A stretch of DNA of 64,000 nt from a phage: the sequence record PZ386980.1; one strand, given 5' to 3'. A program made the translations under genes and the position numbers. The notes beneath the pieces are model-generated. The model searched no databases. It saw nothing but the letters and a program-made list of their open reading frames with translations, and was not told the origin of the DNA. Shown here piece by piece: positions 10,438 to 19,545 of the stretch (position 1 is the stretch's first letter; the number at the start of each line of letters is the position of its first letter).

Positions 10438-10641
10438 TTAATTCATATTACGCTTAATGACTTCAGCAACTTCTAGTAGTTCATCTTTAGTTGCGGTGTC
10501 GGATTGAATTTTATCTCTAATATCTTTAAAGCGGTTTTTAAATTCTTCGGCTTCTCCCATATCGAAAAAGCGTTGAATGATTCTATATTCTCGATGAACT
10601 GCTTTATCAAAAAGTTCTAAATTTACTCTATATGATTTCAT
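10438..10641 (-). CDS. hypothetical protein upstream of rIIA (rIIA.1 position, 67 aa)
   Basis: ORF track; ATG at 10639-10641. Confidence 0.5.
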   Translation of the reverse strand: MKSYRVNLELFDKAVHREYRIIQRFFDMGEAEEFKNRFKDIRDKIQSDTATKDELLEVAEVIKRNMN

Positions 10642-10654
10642 TTCAATATCCTCA

Positions 10655-10700
10655 TTTGCCCAATTAATTATACCACATCCTTGTGGTAAAGTAAACTACT
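10655..10700 (-). promoter_or_regulatory. early promoter for the rIIA.1-rIIA-rIIB unit
   Basis: minus strand GTTTAC - 17 nt - GTGGTATAATTA; the ~30-bp core recurs at 57689-57720. Confidence 0.5.
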
Positions 10701-12513
10701 GGCTCATCCATTCTTTACGAAGGTCAGCATTATCTCCCATGAGCATTTCAAAAAGCTCTTTCCAGTTCTCAGGAAGTTTAACAACATCATATACTGGATT
10801 TTGAATCATCTCACGATATTCAGATTTTTCCAAAGAGCCAAGTCCCTTAATATAACGGATACTATGTTTAGGTAGAGCATCTTTAGCACTCTCATATTCA
10901 GCGACTGTATAAAACCATTCTTGTTTTTTACCGACCTGAGCGATGATTACAGGAGTTTTGACAAAGCGAATTCGTCCTTGCTCAAACAGTTCTGGCCAAT
11001 TACTAAAAAATCCAAGAAGAGAAGGATAAATGCTTCCTAGACCATCATGGTCAGCATCAGTCATAATAGCAATATTGCGATAATTCAAGTTTTCAGCTTT
11101 TTCACCAAGAACTAGACCAGTGATTGCGCAAATATCAAATAGTTCTTTGTTTTTAAGCATATCGGCATATGACATACCCCAGCTATTAAGAACTTTACCG
11201 CGCAATGGATAACCACCATGAAGTTCTTTATCGCGAACATCAATAAGATATCCGATAGCTGAATCACCCTCAGTCAAGAACAATGTAGTGTCAGCATCTT
11301 TACCGCAAAGATTCGCTTTAATATGTTTATGAACCTTAGCTTTAGAAGCCTTTTTAGCTGCTTTAGTTTCTGCTGCTTTTTCTGCCGCCAATTTACGAGC
11401 CAAAGCAGCTTCAATAATCGGCATTAAAATTGCTTCATTATTTAGAATAGCGCGTGAAATCTTTTTAGCATCAAGCTGAATATGACTACGAATTTCGCCA
11501 AATGGAGAAGTCAAACGCTCTTTAGTTTGAGAATCAAATCGCATGTTTTTCATATCACGAACAAACATAACGATAGTCAAACATTCTTTGACACGTGCTT
11601 TAGTTACATCAATTTTGAATTTACGTTTGATTTGTGGAATAAGGTCTTCACAAATATCATCCATAACGCAGTCAATGTGATGGCCACCATTCTTAGTGTG
11701 AATGTTATTCACGTAAGTTAATTGACGAAATCCATCCGGTGAACGACCAACCGCAATAGAACAATTTTCTTGTTCTTGAACGATAGCATGTTCATCATAC
11801 TGTCGTGCATATTTCTTAAAATTGCCCTGAACCTTTTTACCATTAAAGGTAAATTGAATATCAGGATAAACGACAGCAAGTGTCTGGAGACGATCCAGTG
11901 TAATGTCAAGATAAACCTGGGACAGCTCATTAGTTTCAAATGACATAAAATCAGGAATGAAAGTAACACGAGTTCCTTTCCATTTTCCAGGAATAGTTTC
12001 CCAGGATTTATTTTCCATACCATTTGAACAACGAACTACAATATTATTTTGACCATCGCCAGTTTCACCAACAAACATCACAGAAAAAATGTTTGTCAAA
12101 CTAGAACCAACGCCATTCATACCACCGGTGACGCGTTCTTTATCATCACCGAAGTTACCACCTGCTTTTGGAATAGTCCAGGCAGCAACAGGACCAGGAA
12201 TTTCTTCACCAGTAGGTGTTTTAACCATCGCTTGTGGAATACCACGACCGTTATCTTCAACTGTTACTTGATTGTTTTTGATAGTAACATTAATTTTATT
12301 TGCGAATTTAAACTTAGTACGAATACCTTCATCTACTGAGTTATCGATAATTTCATCAATAAGCTTAACAAGACCAGGTACATACTGAACACTTTCCCAT
12401 TTACCAAACAGAAAGCGCTCATGCATTTCATTAGCAGAAGAGCCAATATACATGCCGCTACGCTTTTTGATATGTTCAATATCGCTCAGAATTTTAATTT
12501 CATTCTTAATCAT
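10696..12513 (-). CDS. 39: DNA topoisomerase II large subunit (GyrB-like), uninterrupted
   Basis: 605 aa from ATG at 12511-12513 (track start is GTG one codon upstream); GyrB-like N-terminus; ...DADHDGLGSIYPSLLGFF... is contiguous. Confidence 0.9.
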   Translation of the reverse strand: MIKNEIKILSDIEHIKKRSGMYIGSSANEMHERFLFGKWESVQYVPGLVKLIDEIIDNSVDEGIRTKFKFANKINVTIKNNQVTVEDNGRGIPQAMVKTPTGEEIPGPVAAWTIPKAGGNFGDDKERVTGGMNGVGSSLTNIFSVMFVGETGDGQNNIVVRCSNGMENKSWETIPGKWKGTRVTFIPDFMSFETNELSQVYLDITLDRLQTLAVVYPDIQFTFNGKKVQGNFKKYARQYDEHAIVQEQENCSIAVGRSPDGFRQLTYVNNIHTKNGGHHIDCVMDDICEDLIPQIKRKFKIDVTKARVKECLTIVMFVRDMKNMRFDSQTKERLTSPFGEIRSHIQLDAKKISRAILNNEAILMPIIEAALARKLAAEKAAETKAAKKASKAKVHKHIKANLCGKDADTTLFLTEGDSAIGYLIDVRDKELHGGYPLRGKVLNSWGMSYADMLKNKELFDICAITGLVLGEKAENLNYRNIAIMTDADHDGLGSIYPSLLGFFSNWPELFEQGRIRFVKTPVIIAQVGKKQEWFYTVAEYESAKDALPKHSIRYIKGLGSLEKSEYREMIQNPVYDVVKLPENWKELFEMLMGDNADLRKEWMSQ

Positions 12514-12534
12514 CACTTATCCTCGTTTGGTTTC

Positions 12535-12566
12535 GGGAATATTATACTCCGGCAATCATAAAGCTA
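12535..12566 (-). promoter_or_regulatory. candidate MotA-dependent middle promoter for gene 39
   Basis: minus strand AGCTTTA - 12 nt - TATAAT immediately after a CUUCGG hairpin. Confidence 0.4.
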
Positions 12567-12582
12567 AAGGCCCGAAGGCCTT

Positions 12583-12852
12583 TTATTTAAAACGAATAGT
12601 TGAATCCTTAAAGAACAGCCCAGAACATACTGTTCCTTCTACTTTCTGCCCAGTAGGTCCAATAGCACGAAATCCAGTATGTTGGAAATCATTTTCAGAG
12701 CAACCGAACCAGTTATATCCAGTGATTTCAATATTCGTAAAACCACTTGATGATAAAATTTTAGTTGCATTATCAGCATCAGTACATCCTACTAAAGATA
12801 CTGCTAATACTAATGCTGCAATAGAACGATTAATATATTTCATAGTTTTCAC
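12583..12852 (-). CDS. predicted lipoprotein (89 aa)
   Basis: signal peptide with lipobox LVGC (MKTMKYINRSIAALVLAVSLVGCTD...). Confidence 0.5.
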   Translation of the reverse strand: MKTMKYINRSIAALVLAVSLVGCTDADNATKILSSSGFTNIEITGYNWFGCSENDFQHTGFRAIGPTGQKVEGTVCSGLFFKDSTIRFK

Positions 12853-13223
12853 TTAAATTTAATGGCTTGAAGGAGACTAATAATTCTCAAACGGCTTCTT
12901 TCATCTTTAACTGTAAAAGAAAGAGGGTCGCCAGATTTCATGGTAATAGTGCATTCAAAATCAAAATCTTCAGTGACTTCTTCGAAGAAGTCAAATTCTT
13001 CATCATAAATTAGAACACTACTTTGCAGACTGTGAAGAGTTTTTCCAGCATTTCTGCTAACTGCTGTACTAATCATTGTAACATTATGACCTTTCATATC
13101 TTCGACGATAAATTCACTAGTCAATATTACAGCATTAATAGAACTATTCCTATTACTAGCAGAAAGTAGAAATTTCTGTTCTTCACCTTCACGAATACGA
13201 TATTTCTTACCAATTTTAAACAT
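12849..13223 (-). CDS. hypothetical protein (124 aa)
   Basis: ORF track; ATGA overlap with upstream gene. Confidence 0.5.
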   Translation of the reverse strand: MFKIGKKYRIREGEEQKFLLSASNRNSSINAVILTSEFIVEDMKGHNVTMISTAVSRNAGKTLHSLQSSVLIYDEEFDFFEEVTEDFDFECTITMKSGDPLSFTVKDERSRLRIISLLQAIKFK

Positions 13224-13225
13224 AA

Positions 13226-13402
13226 TTATCCCTTAAGTAAGTCGTAAAATCCACCATTCACATGCTTAGGAGCAGAAGGCCGACGAGTAGACAAACGATG
13301 ACATTTAGGACAAACATCATTTTCTCGTTCAGAAATCTTTTTAATTTTTTCATATTCATGCCCGCAATCTTTAGATTGGCATTTATAATCATACATCGGC
13401 AT
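13226..13402 (-). CDS. small zinc-ribbon protein (58 aa, two CxxC pairs)
   Basis: own translation MPMYDYKCQSKDCGHEYEKIKKISERENDVCPKCHRLSTRRPSAPKHVNGGFYDLLKG; below track cutoff. Confidence 0.45.
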   Translation of the reverse strand: MPMYDYKCQSKDCGHEYEKIKKISERENDVCPKCHRLSTRRPSAPKHVNGGFYDLLKG

Positions 13403-13404
13403 AA

Positions 13405-13830
13405 TTATTCCTTAAAATGTGCTTTCAACATCTGATACAAGGACCATGCCTGTTCATTATTTTCAATAGTAACTTTCATGACTGGAAATTCTGTGAAATC
13501 TTCTATTTGTTCTTGCTCTTTCTCTTCCTGCTCTTGCTCTTCAGCTGCCTGGTATGGATTTTCCACTTCATCAAAGAACACAGCTTCACTCGTTGAAAGC
13601 CAGATAAAATCTTCATCCAAAATATCTTTACCAGAAGATAACGCCAATTTTCCACTAGATGTCACAAGTTTAGTAGGACGACCAAGATAGTCAATATCTG
13701 TAACTCTAAAAGGTTCCATACCAAGACGTCGTGCATAAATTCCGTTTTCAGTATGGTCCTTGATAAAATCTTCTTGAGCTTGTTTATTTTTAAATTGATA
13801 CCATTTATTAACTTCAAATTTAATAGCCAT
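13405..13830 (-). CDS. hypothetical protein (~142 aa), acidic [11 protein letters not shown] tract
   Basis: ORF track trimmed to second ATG (MAIKFEV) to remove overlap. Confidence 0.5.
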   Translation of the reverse strand: MAIKFEVNKWYQFKNKQAQEDFIKDHTENGIYARRLGMEPFRVTDIDYLGRPTKLVTSSGKLALSSGKDILDEDFIWLSTSEAVFFDEVENPYQAAEEQEQEEKEQEQIEDFTEFPVMKVTIENNEQAWSLYQMLKAHFKE

Positions 13831-14045
13831 TAATAAGTTTCCTTCCAATAAGTTGTACCATCTTCAGTAATTTCGCGAAACACACCATAAATTGGTTGTT
13901 TATCACCAACTTTTTCGTACACATAAACCGAAGTCAAGTGAGTAAACTTATTAGTATGTTCCTTTTGAACTACTACCAGATTTGGATCAAATAATACATC
14001 TTCAAATTCGTCATTAGTGCAATTCTGAACAATTTTACGTTTCAT
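13830..14045 (-). CDS. hypothetical protein (71 aa)
   Basis: ORF track. Confidence 0.45.
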   Translation of the reverse strand: MKRKIVQNCTNDEFEDVLFDPNLVVVQKEHTNKFTHLTSVYVYEKVGDKQPIYGVFREITEDGTTYWKETY

Positions 14046-14058
14046 TACAATTTCCTCA

Positions 14059-14328
14059 TTAATTGAACAGTGGAGCGATGCGTTTCAGAAGAGTAGCAGC
14101 ACCTTTAGCGAATTTTACATCATGAAAAACAGTTTCTTCTTCCGTTACAACACGAACTTTAATGTTTTCACAATCCCAATTTTTACGAACAATCTTCAAA
14201 AGCTGCAGTAAATCTTTACATTCAGCAATATCGATAACACATCCACGAGAATCTTCCATTATCGCACGATAACCGTAAGCCATACCATAATCGTTGAAAG
14301 ATTGCTCGATGATAATTAAGTTTTCCAT
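14059..14328 (-). CDS. hypothetical protein (89 aa from ATG; track start is TTG)
   Basis: ORF track; ATG at 14326-14328. Confidence 0.5.
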   Translation of the reverse strand: MENLIIIEQSFNDYGMAYGYRAIMEDSRGCVIDIAECKDLLQLLKIVRKNWDCENIKVRVVTEEETVFHDVKFAKGAATLLKRIAPLFN

Positions 14329-14341
14329 TTTATTCTCCAAG

Positions 14342-14400
14342 TTATTTTCTGTATCAGTAGTTGATATTGATATAGTACCATAATCAACTACTGATGTATA
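14342..14400 (-). promoter_or_regulatory. promoter-early-stem-loop element
   Basis: inverted repeat ATCAGTAGTTGAT ... ATCAACTACTGAT enclosing GGTACTATAT. Confidence 0.45.
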
Positions 14401-14435
14401 TAGTTTTATGAAAAAATTTTAAACTTTATGCAAAT

Positions 14436-14855
14436 TTATGCTAAAGCTGCTTCGCACCATTTTTTAATTTGGAATTCAGGAACTACCATGAACTGGCCTG
14501 CAAAAACAATATTGTAGAGCTTGACACCATCTTCTACCCAACGGTCCGAAATAAAACCAGCGACTTGATTCGTTGTCCATGGAGTTCCATCTGTTGCCGC
14601 CGCAATTGTGAATTTATGGTCTTTTACAACTAAAACTGAAGAACAAAGTTTCCATTTAAATGCGCTTTCTTCTGGCTCAATGAACTGACTTGAGACATAG
14701 CCAATGTTACCATCAGCGTCACGAACTTTAACCTCGTTACGACCAAAAACTGGATCACTTACAGAAAGAACTTCAACCAGCTTTCCTGCAACTTTAGAAC
14801 GAGAAGCAACGGATACATATACGTAATCACCAGTAGAGAGATTTACAATATTCAT
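14436..14855 (-). CDS. paralog family member A (139 aa), unknown function
   Basis: shares C-terminal module GFISDRWVEDGVKLYNIVFAGQF and N-terminal SRSKVAGKLVEV with the next ORF. Confidence 0.55.
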   Translation of the reverse strand: MNIVNLSTGDYVYVSVASRSKVAGKLVEVLSVSDPVFGRNEVKVRDADGNIGYVSSQFIEPEESAFKWKLCSSVLVVKDHKFTIAAATDGTPWTTNQVAGFISDRWVEDGVKLYNIVFAGQFMVVPEFQIKKWCEAALA

Positions 14856-14864
14856 AATAATTCC

Positions 14865-15338
14865 TTAAGCTTTACGAGGAGAAGCATAACGAGTGATTTC
14901 AGATTCTTCAACAACCCGGAAGTCACCTAAGAATACGATATTGTAGAGCTTTTCACCATCTTCAACCCATTGGTCTGTGATGAAGCCACACATCCTATCA
15001 GTTTTACTTGGACCAGCGAAATCATCAATATAATCGAATTCTTCATCAGTTACAAATTCAACGCCTTTACACAACGCCCATTTAAATTGTGCATTAGACT
15101 CAGTGGATTCAACTTCTTCAACAGAAGTAAAATGAGAGCTAACACGAGTTTCCAGAAATTTAGGACTTACGTAAGCGTACTGAGTTTCAGTTTTTCCAGA
15201 ACTAGGAATGATTCGAACTTTAACTTCTTTAACACGACCAGTACCATTAGTACGAAGTCCTACCACTTCAACTAGACGACCTGCAGCTTTAGAACGAGAT
15301 GCAGACGATACACGCTTAATTTCACCGATAGTAATCAT
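14865..15338 (-). CDS. paralog family member B (157 aa), unknown function
   Basis: C-terminal GFITDQWVEDGEKLYNIVFLGDF; N-terminal SRSKAAGRLVEV. Confidence 0.55.
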   Translation of the reverse strand: MITIGEIKRVSSASRSKAAGRLVEVVGLRTNGTGRVKEVKVRIIPSSGKTETQYAYVSPKFLETRVSSHFTSVEEVESTESNAQFKWALCKGVEFVTDEEFDYIDDFAGPSKTDRMCGFITDQWVEDGEKLYNIVFLGDFRVVEESEITRYASPRKA

Positions 15339-15410
15339 AATTTTTCTCTCTTTGTTGTTAAGATTTATTCTCCATGAGAGCCATTATAACAGGCTCTCTA
15401 TAAAGTAAAC

Positions 15411-15920
15411 TTAATTAAGGATATTAATTACTGCACTGCGTGGAACTACACTAAAATCACCTGCATGAACAACGTTCAGAAGTTCAACACCATCTTCAAG
15501 CCACTGGTCAGTTACCCAACCACTTACTGGACCAGCAAATGGTCGACGAATTGAAACAGCTTTACACAACAAGTCAGTAGGCTCGATAGGCTTAACCAGA
15601 GTACCGTACATACAAGCAATGTCCATATCAAAGTGGAGACCAGTGCTAACAGGTGCTTCTTCAATCAACAATTCGAAATCTTGTTCTGTAATATAGACCG
15701 TAGATATTGTACCATATAAGTTTTTAATTCTTAAGAATGATACAGATGAAGCTGTGGCAGTTGATGCAAAAATAGGACCAGCATTTACAATAGTGAAACC
15801 TTTACCTTGGGTAACACCAATAAGCTCGCAAAACTTACTATAAGAACCATTATTTGCTTCAAACCAGTTTACTTGCTTTTCGTCTTTCAGGATGTAAGTA
15901 GCTGTAGTACTGATATTCAT
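15411..15920 (-). CDS. paralog family member C (169 aa), unknown function
   Basis: C-terminal GWVTDQWLEDGVELLNVVHAGDF; N-terminus unrelated to A/B. Confidence 0.55.
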   Translation of the reverse strand: MNISTTATYILKDEKQVNWFEANNGSYSKFCELIGVTQGKGFTIVNAGPIFASTATASSVSFLRIKNLYGTISTVYITEQDFELLIEEAPVSTGLHFDMDIACMYGTLVKPIEPTDLLCKAVSIRRPFAGPVSGWVTDQWLEDGVELLNVVHAGDFSVVPRSAVINILN

Positions 15921-15932
15921 GATGTTTTCCCC

Positions 15933-16436
15933 TTAATCTAAGGTAATAAAGCCTTTTAATTCGGCATGTGACTTGCGGAACATTACTTGATGACCGCCAA
16001 TGATAACTTGGTCATCAGGTACTTCGTATACAGCGAGATAAAATCCTTTAGAAGCTAATTCTTCGCGCTCTTCTCGTGTGAACCATCTCATCATATCATA
16101 TTCGCTAGCGAAAGCAAAATGATAAAGAGCTATAAACCATCCTGGAATATAGTGATCTACGCCTACATATTCTTCTTTCTCAAAATTAGTATTAATTGCT
16201 ATATTAGCATTTTTAACTAATAATTTGTCTTCATGCGGCACAGGAATTCTTTTATTATCATTACTATGATGCATAAAATTGGGTCTGTCATAACCTACGC
16301 GTAATAACCACTCTTCGCTCCATGAATCTATTATACTCCTGTATGGCGTTATTTGAACACAAAGATCTCGACGTATTGTTATAGCATCTTCATAATTAAG
16401 AATACTAAATGATGATTCAACACGATAAATTTTCAT
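15933..16436 (-). CDS. hypothetical protein (167 aa from MKIYRV)
   Basis: track start is TTG; ATG at 16434-16436 preceded by GAGGA. Confidence 0.5.
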   Translation of the reverse strand: MKIYRVESSFSILNYEDAITIRRDLCVQITPYRSIIDSWSEEWLLRVGYDRPNFMHHSNDNKRIPVPHEDKLLVKNANIAINTNFEKEEYVGVDHYIPGWFIALYHFAFASEYDMMRWFTREEREELASKGFYLAVYEVPDDQVIIGGHQVMFRKSHAELKGFITLD

Positions 16437-16454
16437 TTTATTATCCTCAGTAGC

Positions 16455-16495
16455 TATGGTGTTATAATACCACAACTAACCGAGGAAGTAAATAA
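16455..16495 (-). promoter_or_regulatory. candidate early promoter
   Basis: minus strand ATTTAC ... GTGGTATTATAAC. Confidence 0.4.
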
Positions 16496-16499
16496 CTTT

Positions 16500-17183
16500 T
16501 TATCGTTTTGTTGGAAGAGATAGAGGATCGCATTCTTCCTCTGATGGAGCGTCTTCAAGACCCATAGCATAGCGCAAAGCATACTTCATCATCAGGATGT
16601 CTTTCGCACAGTCATGAATAGAATCATGCGCAACGAATCCATCTAAAGTTCCTTTTGGAAGAGGACACGTGGTCATATCACGAACAAGGAGAAGTGCTTC
16701 AATTCTGGTACGAATATCACGCTGATTCCAGAATTTACATGGTTCTAACTTAAATGTGTCAAGCTCATTCTCGGAAACGCCGTTAAGACGTTGAATATCG
16801 CGAATGAGATCGACTAAAATTGGAAAATCAAACGACATTCCACGGCACCAGCCTTGAGATTTCCAAGGATCGATATTATGCGCATTGATGTAATCATTAA
16901 ATTTTGCAATACCATCGATAGTGCTTACATCTTCATCTGATGGCGCAATATTTTTTCGAGCTTCAGGAGATTGATTCTTCCACCATTCGATAGTGCTTTT
17001 AGTAAAAAGACGATGTCCTTTTTGGCTTTTTAAATCAAATTTGATTTTAATGCCACGTGAAACTAATTCATCAAATGTTTCAACGACTTCTGGATTAGGG
17101 TCAAAAGCAATTACAGCCAAATCAATAACAGCTGCTTTTTCACCGCTTCCCATTGTTTCAAAATCTATAATAAAATCAAACAT
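16500..17183 (-). CDS. dexA: DexA 3'-5' exonuclease A
   Basis: 227 aa, MFDFIIDFETMGSGEKAAVIDLAVIAF...; matches T4 DexA from memory. Confidence 0.9.
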   Translation of the reverse strand: MFDFIIDFETMGSGEKAAVIDLAVIAFDPNPEVVETFDELVSRGIKIKFDLKSQKGHRLFTKSTIEWWKNQSPEARKNIAPSDEDVSTIDGIAKFNDYINAHNIDPWKSQGWCRGMSFDFPILVDLIRDIQRLNGVSENELDTFKLEPCKFWNQRDIRTRIEALLLVRDMTTCPLPKGTLDGFVAHDSIHDCAKDILMMKYALRYAMGLEDAPSEEECDPLSLPTKR

Positions 17184-17440
17184 TAAATTTTCCTTGCTAA
17201 ATCGCGAATTTGACCTACAGTATAATCTTGGATATAAACTTTATTAATAGGCTCATCAATAAATTTTGCCATAGATTCAATATCTTTTTGTATCTCTTCA
17301 AGACTGTATACTATCTTTAAAGCTTTTTCGCGAATAGTAACATTATCAGGTCCTGGATTTTCTTGAATGACAGCTTTAACATTTGTCATAAGAGATTTAA
17401 ACTGGTACCAACTTAATTCAATCATTAATAATCGCCTCAT
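17183..17440 (-). CDS. small protein, tandem paralog 1 (85 aa)
   Basis: ORF track; shares LEEIxxDL ... DYxxGxI pattern with the next two ORFs. Confidence 0.45.
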   Translation of the reverse strand: MRRLLMIELSWYQFKSLMTNVKAVIQENPGPDNVTIREKALKIVYSLEEIQKDIESMAKFIDEPINKVYIQDYTVGQIRDLARKI

Positions 17441-17678
17441 AAAGATAGCTAATTTCGCCTAAAACGTAATCATTGATTGTAACAGTTTTCACTTCACCAC
17501 AAAAGAATTCTAACGCAATTAAATCTCGTTCAATTTCTTCTAATTGAAGCATCAACTTACTAGATTCAATTTTTACAGTTTCACGATTTTTACCATGAGC
17601 AATTTCATAAATTTCGCTCACTTTATCTTGAAGCAGATAAAACTGGTCTTTAGTTATTTCCACGAATAGCTTCCTCAA
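17418..17678 (-). CDS. small protein, tandem paralog 2 (86 aa)
   Basis: ORF track; same pattern. Confidence 0.45.
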   Translation of the reverse strand: MRKLFVEITKDQFYLLQDKVSEIYEIAHGKNRETVKIESSKLMLQLEEIERDLIALEFFCGEVKTVTINDYVLGEISYLYEAIIND

Positions 17679-17910
17679 ATTTAATTAGTAATTTACAGAC
17701 ACTTTCATCTAGTGTAATTACCGTATCTGTATTACTGTGATATGATTGTTTTTCAATTCGTTTAATTGCTAATATAGTATCACTTATAAGATAAAGCTTA
17801 TGAAGGAGCTCAGCTCCTGTTACCATAACATCGAGATTATCTTGCTTATTAGTATGCTTCCTTATACCATCTATTAGACGATTTAAATATTTTGAATTGA
17901 TGTTAATCAT
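17650..17910 (-). CDS. small protein, tandem paralog 3 (86 aa)
   Basis: ORF track; weaker similarity. Confidence 0.4.
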   Translation of the reverse strand: MININSKYLNRLIDGIRKHTNKQDNLDVMVTGAELLHKLYLISDTILAIKRIEKQSYHSNTDTVITLDESVCKLLIKFEEAIRGNN

Positions 17911-17916
17911 ATAGCC

Positions 17917-19236
17917 TCACACATAAAACACATCATAACGACCACGTGTTACACCAACATAAAGAAGCTGCTGAGCTAGTTCAGCATCTGCATAATGAAT
18001 ACAAGGCGTATAAATGAAAGCACGGTCTACAGACATACCCTGAGCTTTATGGAATGTTGATGCAGGAAGTGCTTTCACTTTACTAAACTGTGATTTAGCA
18101 TCCCAAAAATCACTCCACGGAGCCTTTCCGCCTTTATTCCAATTTTTATAAGTTTCTGCTGTTTTACCTAAAAACAGGTTAAACTTATATAGCTCTTCAT
18201 CAGATGAAATTATTTTAATCTTTTCACGATAATATTCATCATCGCCGTAAGTTTCTACTGTTAAATCCCAATGACGAATTAAGTATTCTCCAGGAACACC
18301 ACGAGCTTTAACAAACGTCGATGTATACTCTGCTTCTATAATACGAACTAATTGTCCATTATTAAAAATAATTTCTGATACAGGCTTTCCATCAATTTTA
18401 TATGTTTTAATTAACGGTTCTTGCATTACAATAATTTCACCGACAATAAAGTCTTTATCAGTTTCAAAAATCTTTTTACGAATAATGCTATTTAACTTGT
18501 CAACAGATTTATTCGTAAATGCCATTACGCGATTTTCAAACAAATCATCTAGTGATTTGACGATTGAAAAATAATTTACCATAAAATCGCGTAAAGCGGT
18601 ATCACCAGTAAATCCACGTACTCCATGCCCATCAACAACTTTATCATAAATCCATTTACCGTTGCGAACATCAGTAGCTACATCAATAATAGGAGCATTA
18701 CTGCGTTTAACTTCAGTAAGTTCACACTGATAAAAATCTTTGTGTGTAAAGAATGGACTGATATAAGCAGTATTTTCTCCTGGGTCAACAGGTCTAATTT
18801 GCTTATTATCGCCTATTCCAATTATAGTACACCACGGTGGGATAGTTGAAAGCAAAATTTTGAAGAGCTTTCTATCATACATTGACACTTCGTCGCAGAT
18901 TAATACCCTGCATTTAGCTAAATCTGGTACTTCTTTTTGTTCAAAAAGAACGTTTTCTTCATATGTTACTGGGTTAATTTTAAGAATACTGTGAATAGTA
19001 CTCGCTTCTTTCCCCGACAGTTTTGAAAGAATCTTTTTAGCTGCATGTGTAGGAGCTGCCAAAATGATACCAGTTTCACCCGTAGATATTAAAGCTTCAA
19101 TGATGAACTTAGTAAGAGTAGTCTTACCAGTACCAGCAGGTCCATTAATAGTTACATGATGTTTCTTTTCTTTAATAGCCCTCATAGCGATGTTAAAGGC
19201 GTTTTTCTGGCCTTCTGTCAAATCATCAAATGTCAT
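17917..19236 (-). CDS. dda: Dda DNA helicase (SF1)
   Basis: 439 aa, MTFDDLTEGQKNAFNIAMRAIKEKKHHVTINGPAGTGKTT (Walker A); matches T4 Dda. Confidence 0.92.
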   Translation of the reverse strand: MTFDDLTEGQKNAFNIAMRAIKEKKHHVTINGPAGTGKTTLTKFIIEALISTGETGIILAAPTHAAKKILSKLSGKEASTIHSILKINPVTYEENVLFEQKEVPDLAKCRVLICDEVSMYDRKLFKILLSTIPPWCTIIGIGDNKQIRPVDPGENTAYISPFFTHKDFYQCELTEVKRSNAPIIDVATDVRNGKWIYDKVVDGHGVRGFTGDTALRDFMVNYFSIVKSLDDLFENRVMAFTNKSVDKLNSIIRKKIFETDKDFIVGEIIVMQEPLIKTYKIDGKPVSEIIFNNGQLVRIIEAEYTSTFVKARGVPGEYLIRHWDLTVETYGDDEYYREKIKIISSDEELYKFNLFLGKTAETYKNWNKGGKAPWSDFWDAKSQFSKVKALPASTFHKAQGMSVDRAFIYTPCIHYADAELAQQLLYVGVTRGRYDVFYV

Positions 19237-19544
19237 CGGAAAGTCCCTGCAATTGGAATACTAACAATACGCCCAGTATCTAGAATTCGTTGATATAATC
19301 TTTGTGTATCTACATCAGGCTTAACATGTTTAACTTCTATTTTATTAAACCAAAACTTGCGTGGAGTCTCAACTAGTCTTGGAATTCCCATACCTAAAGC
19401 TAGTTTATATTGGTCTTTGAGAGTAGTAAAAACTCTATCAGCAATCTCTCTTTCAAAAAACACAGCAGGACGATGTTCATCAAGTGGAACTGGCGCCGTA
19501 AATCCGTCTTTGTCTCGGTAAACTATCGCATATACATAAACCAT
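19233..19544 (-). CDS. hypothetical protein (103 aa; dda.1 position)
   Basis: ORF track; ATGA overlap with dda. Confidence 0.5.
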   Translation of the reverse strand: MVYVYAIVYRDKDGFTAPVPLDEHRPAVFFEREIADRVFTTLKDQYKLALGMGIPRLVETPRKFWFNKIEVKHVKPDVDTQRLYQRILDTGRIVSIPIAGTFR

Positions 19545-19545
19545 A

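Noticed and set aside
12452-12856. 134-aa plus-strand ORF spanning the gene 39 start and the lipoprotein gene
   Set aside because: Antisense to two well-supported minus-strand genes, no SD, composition typical of a reverse-frame artefact.
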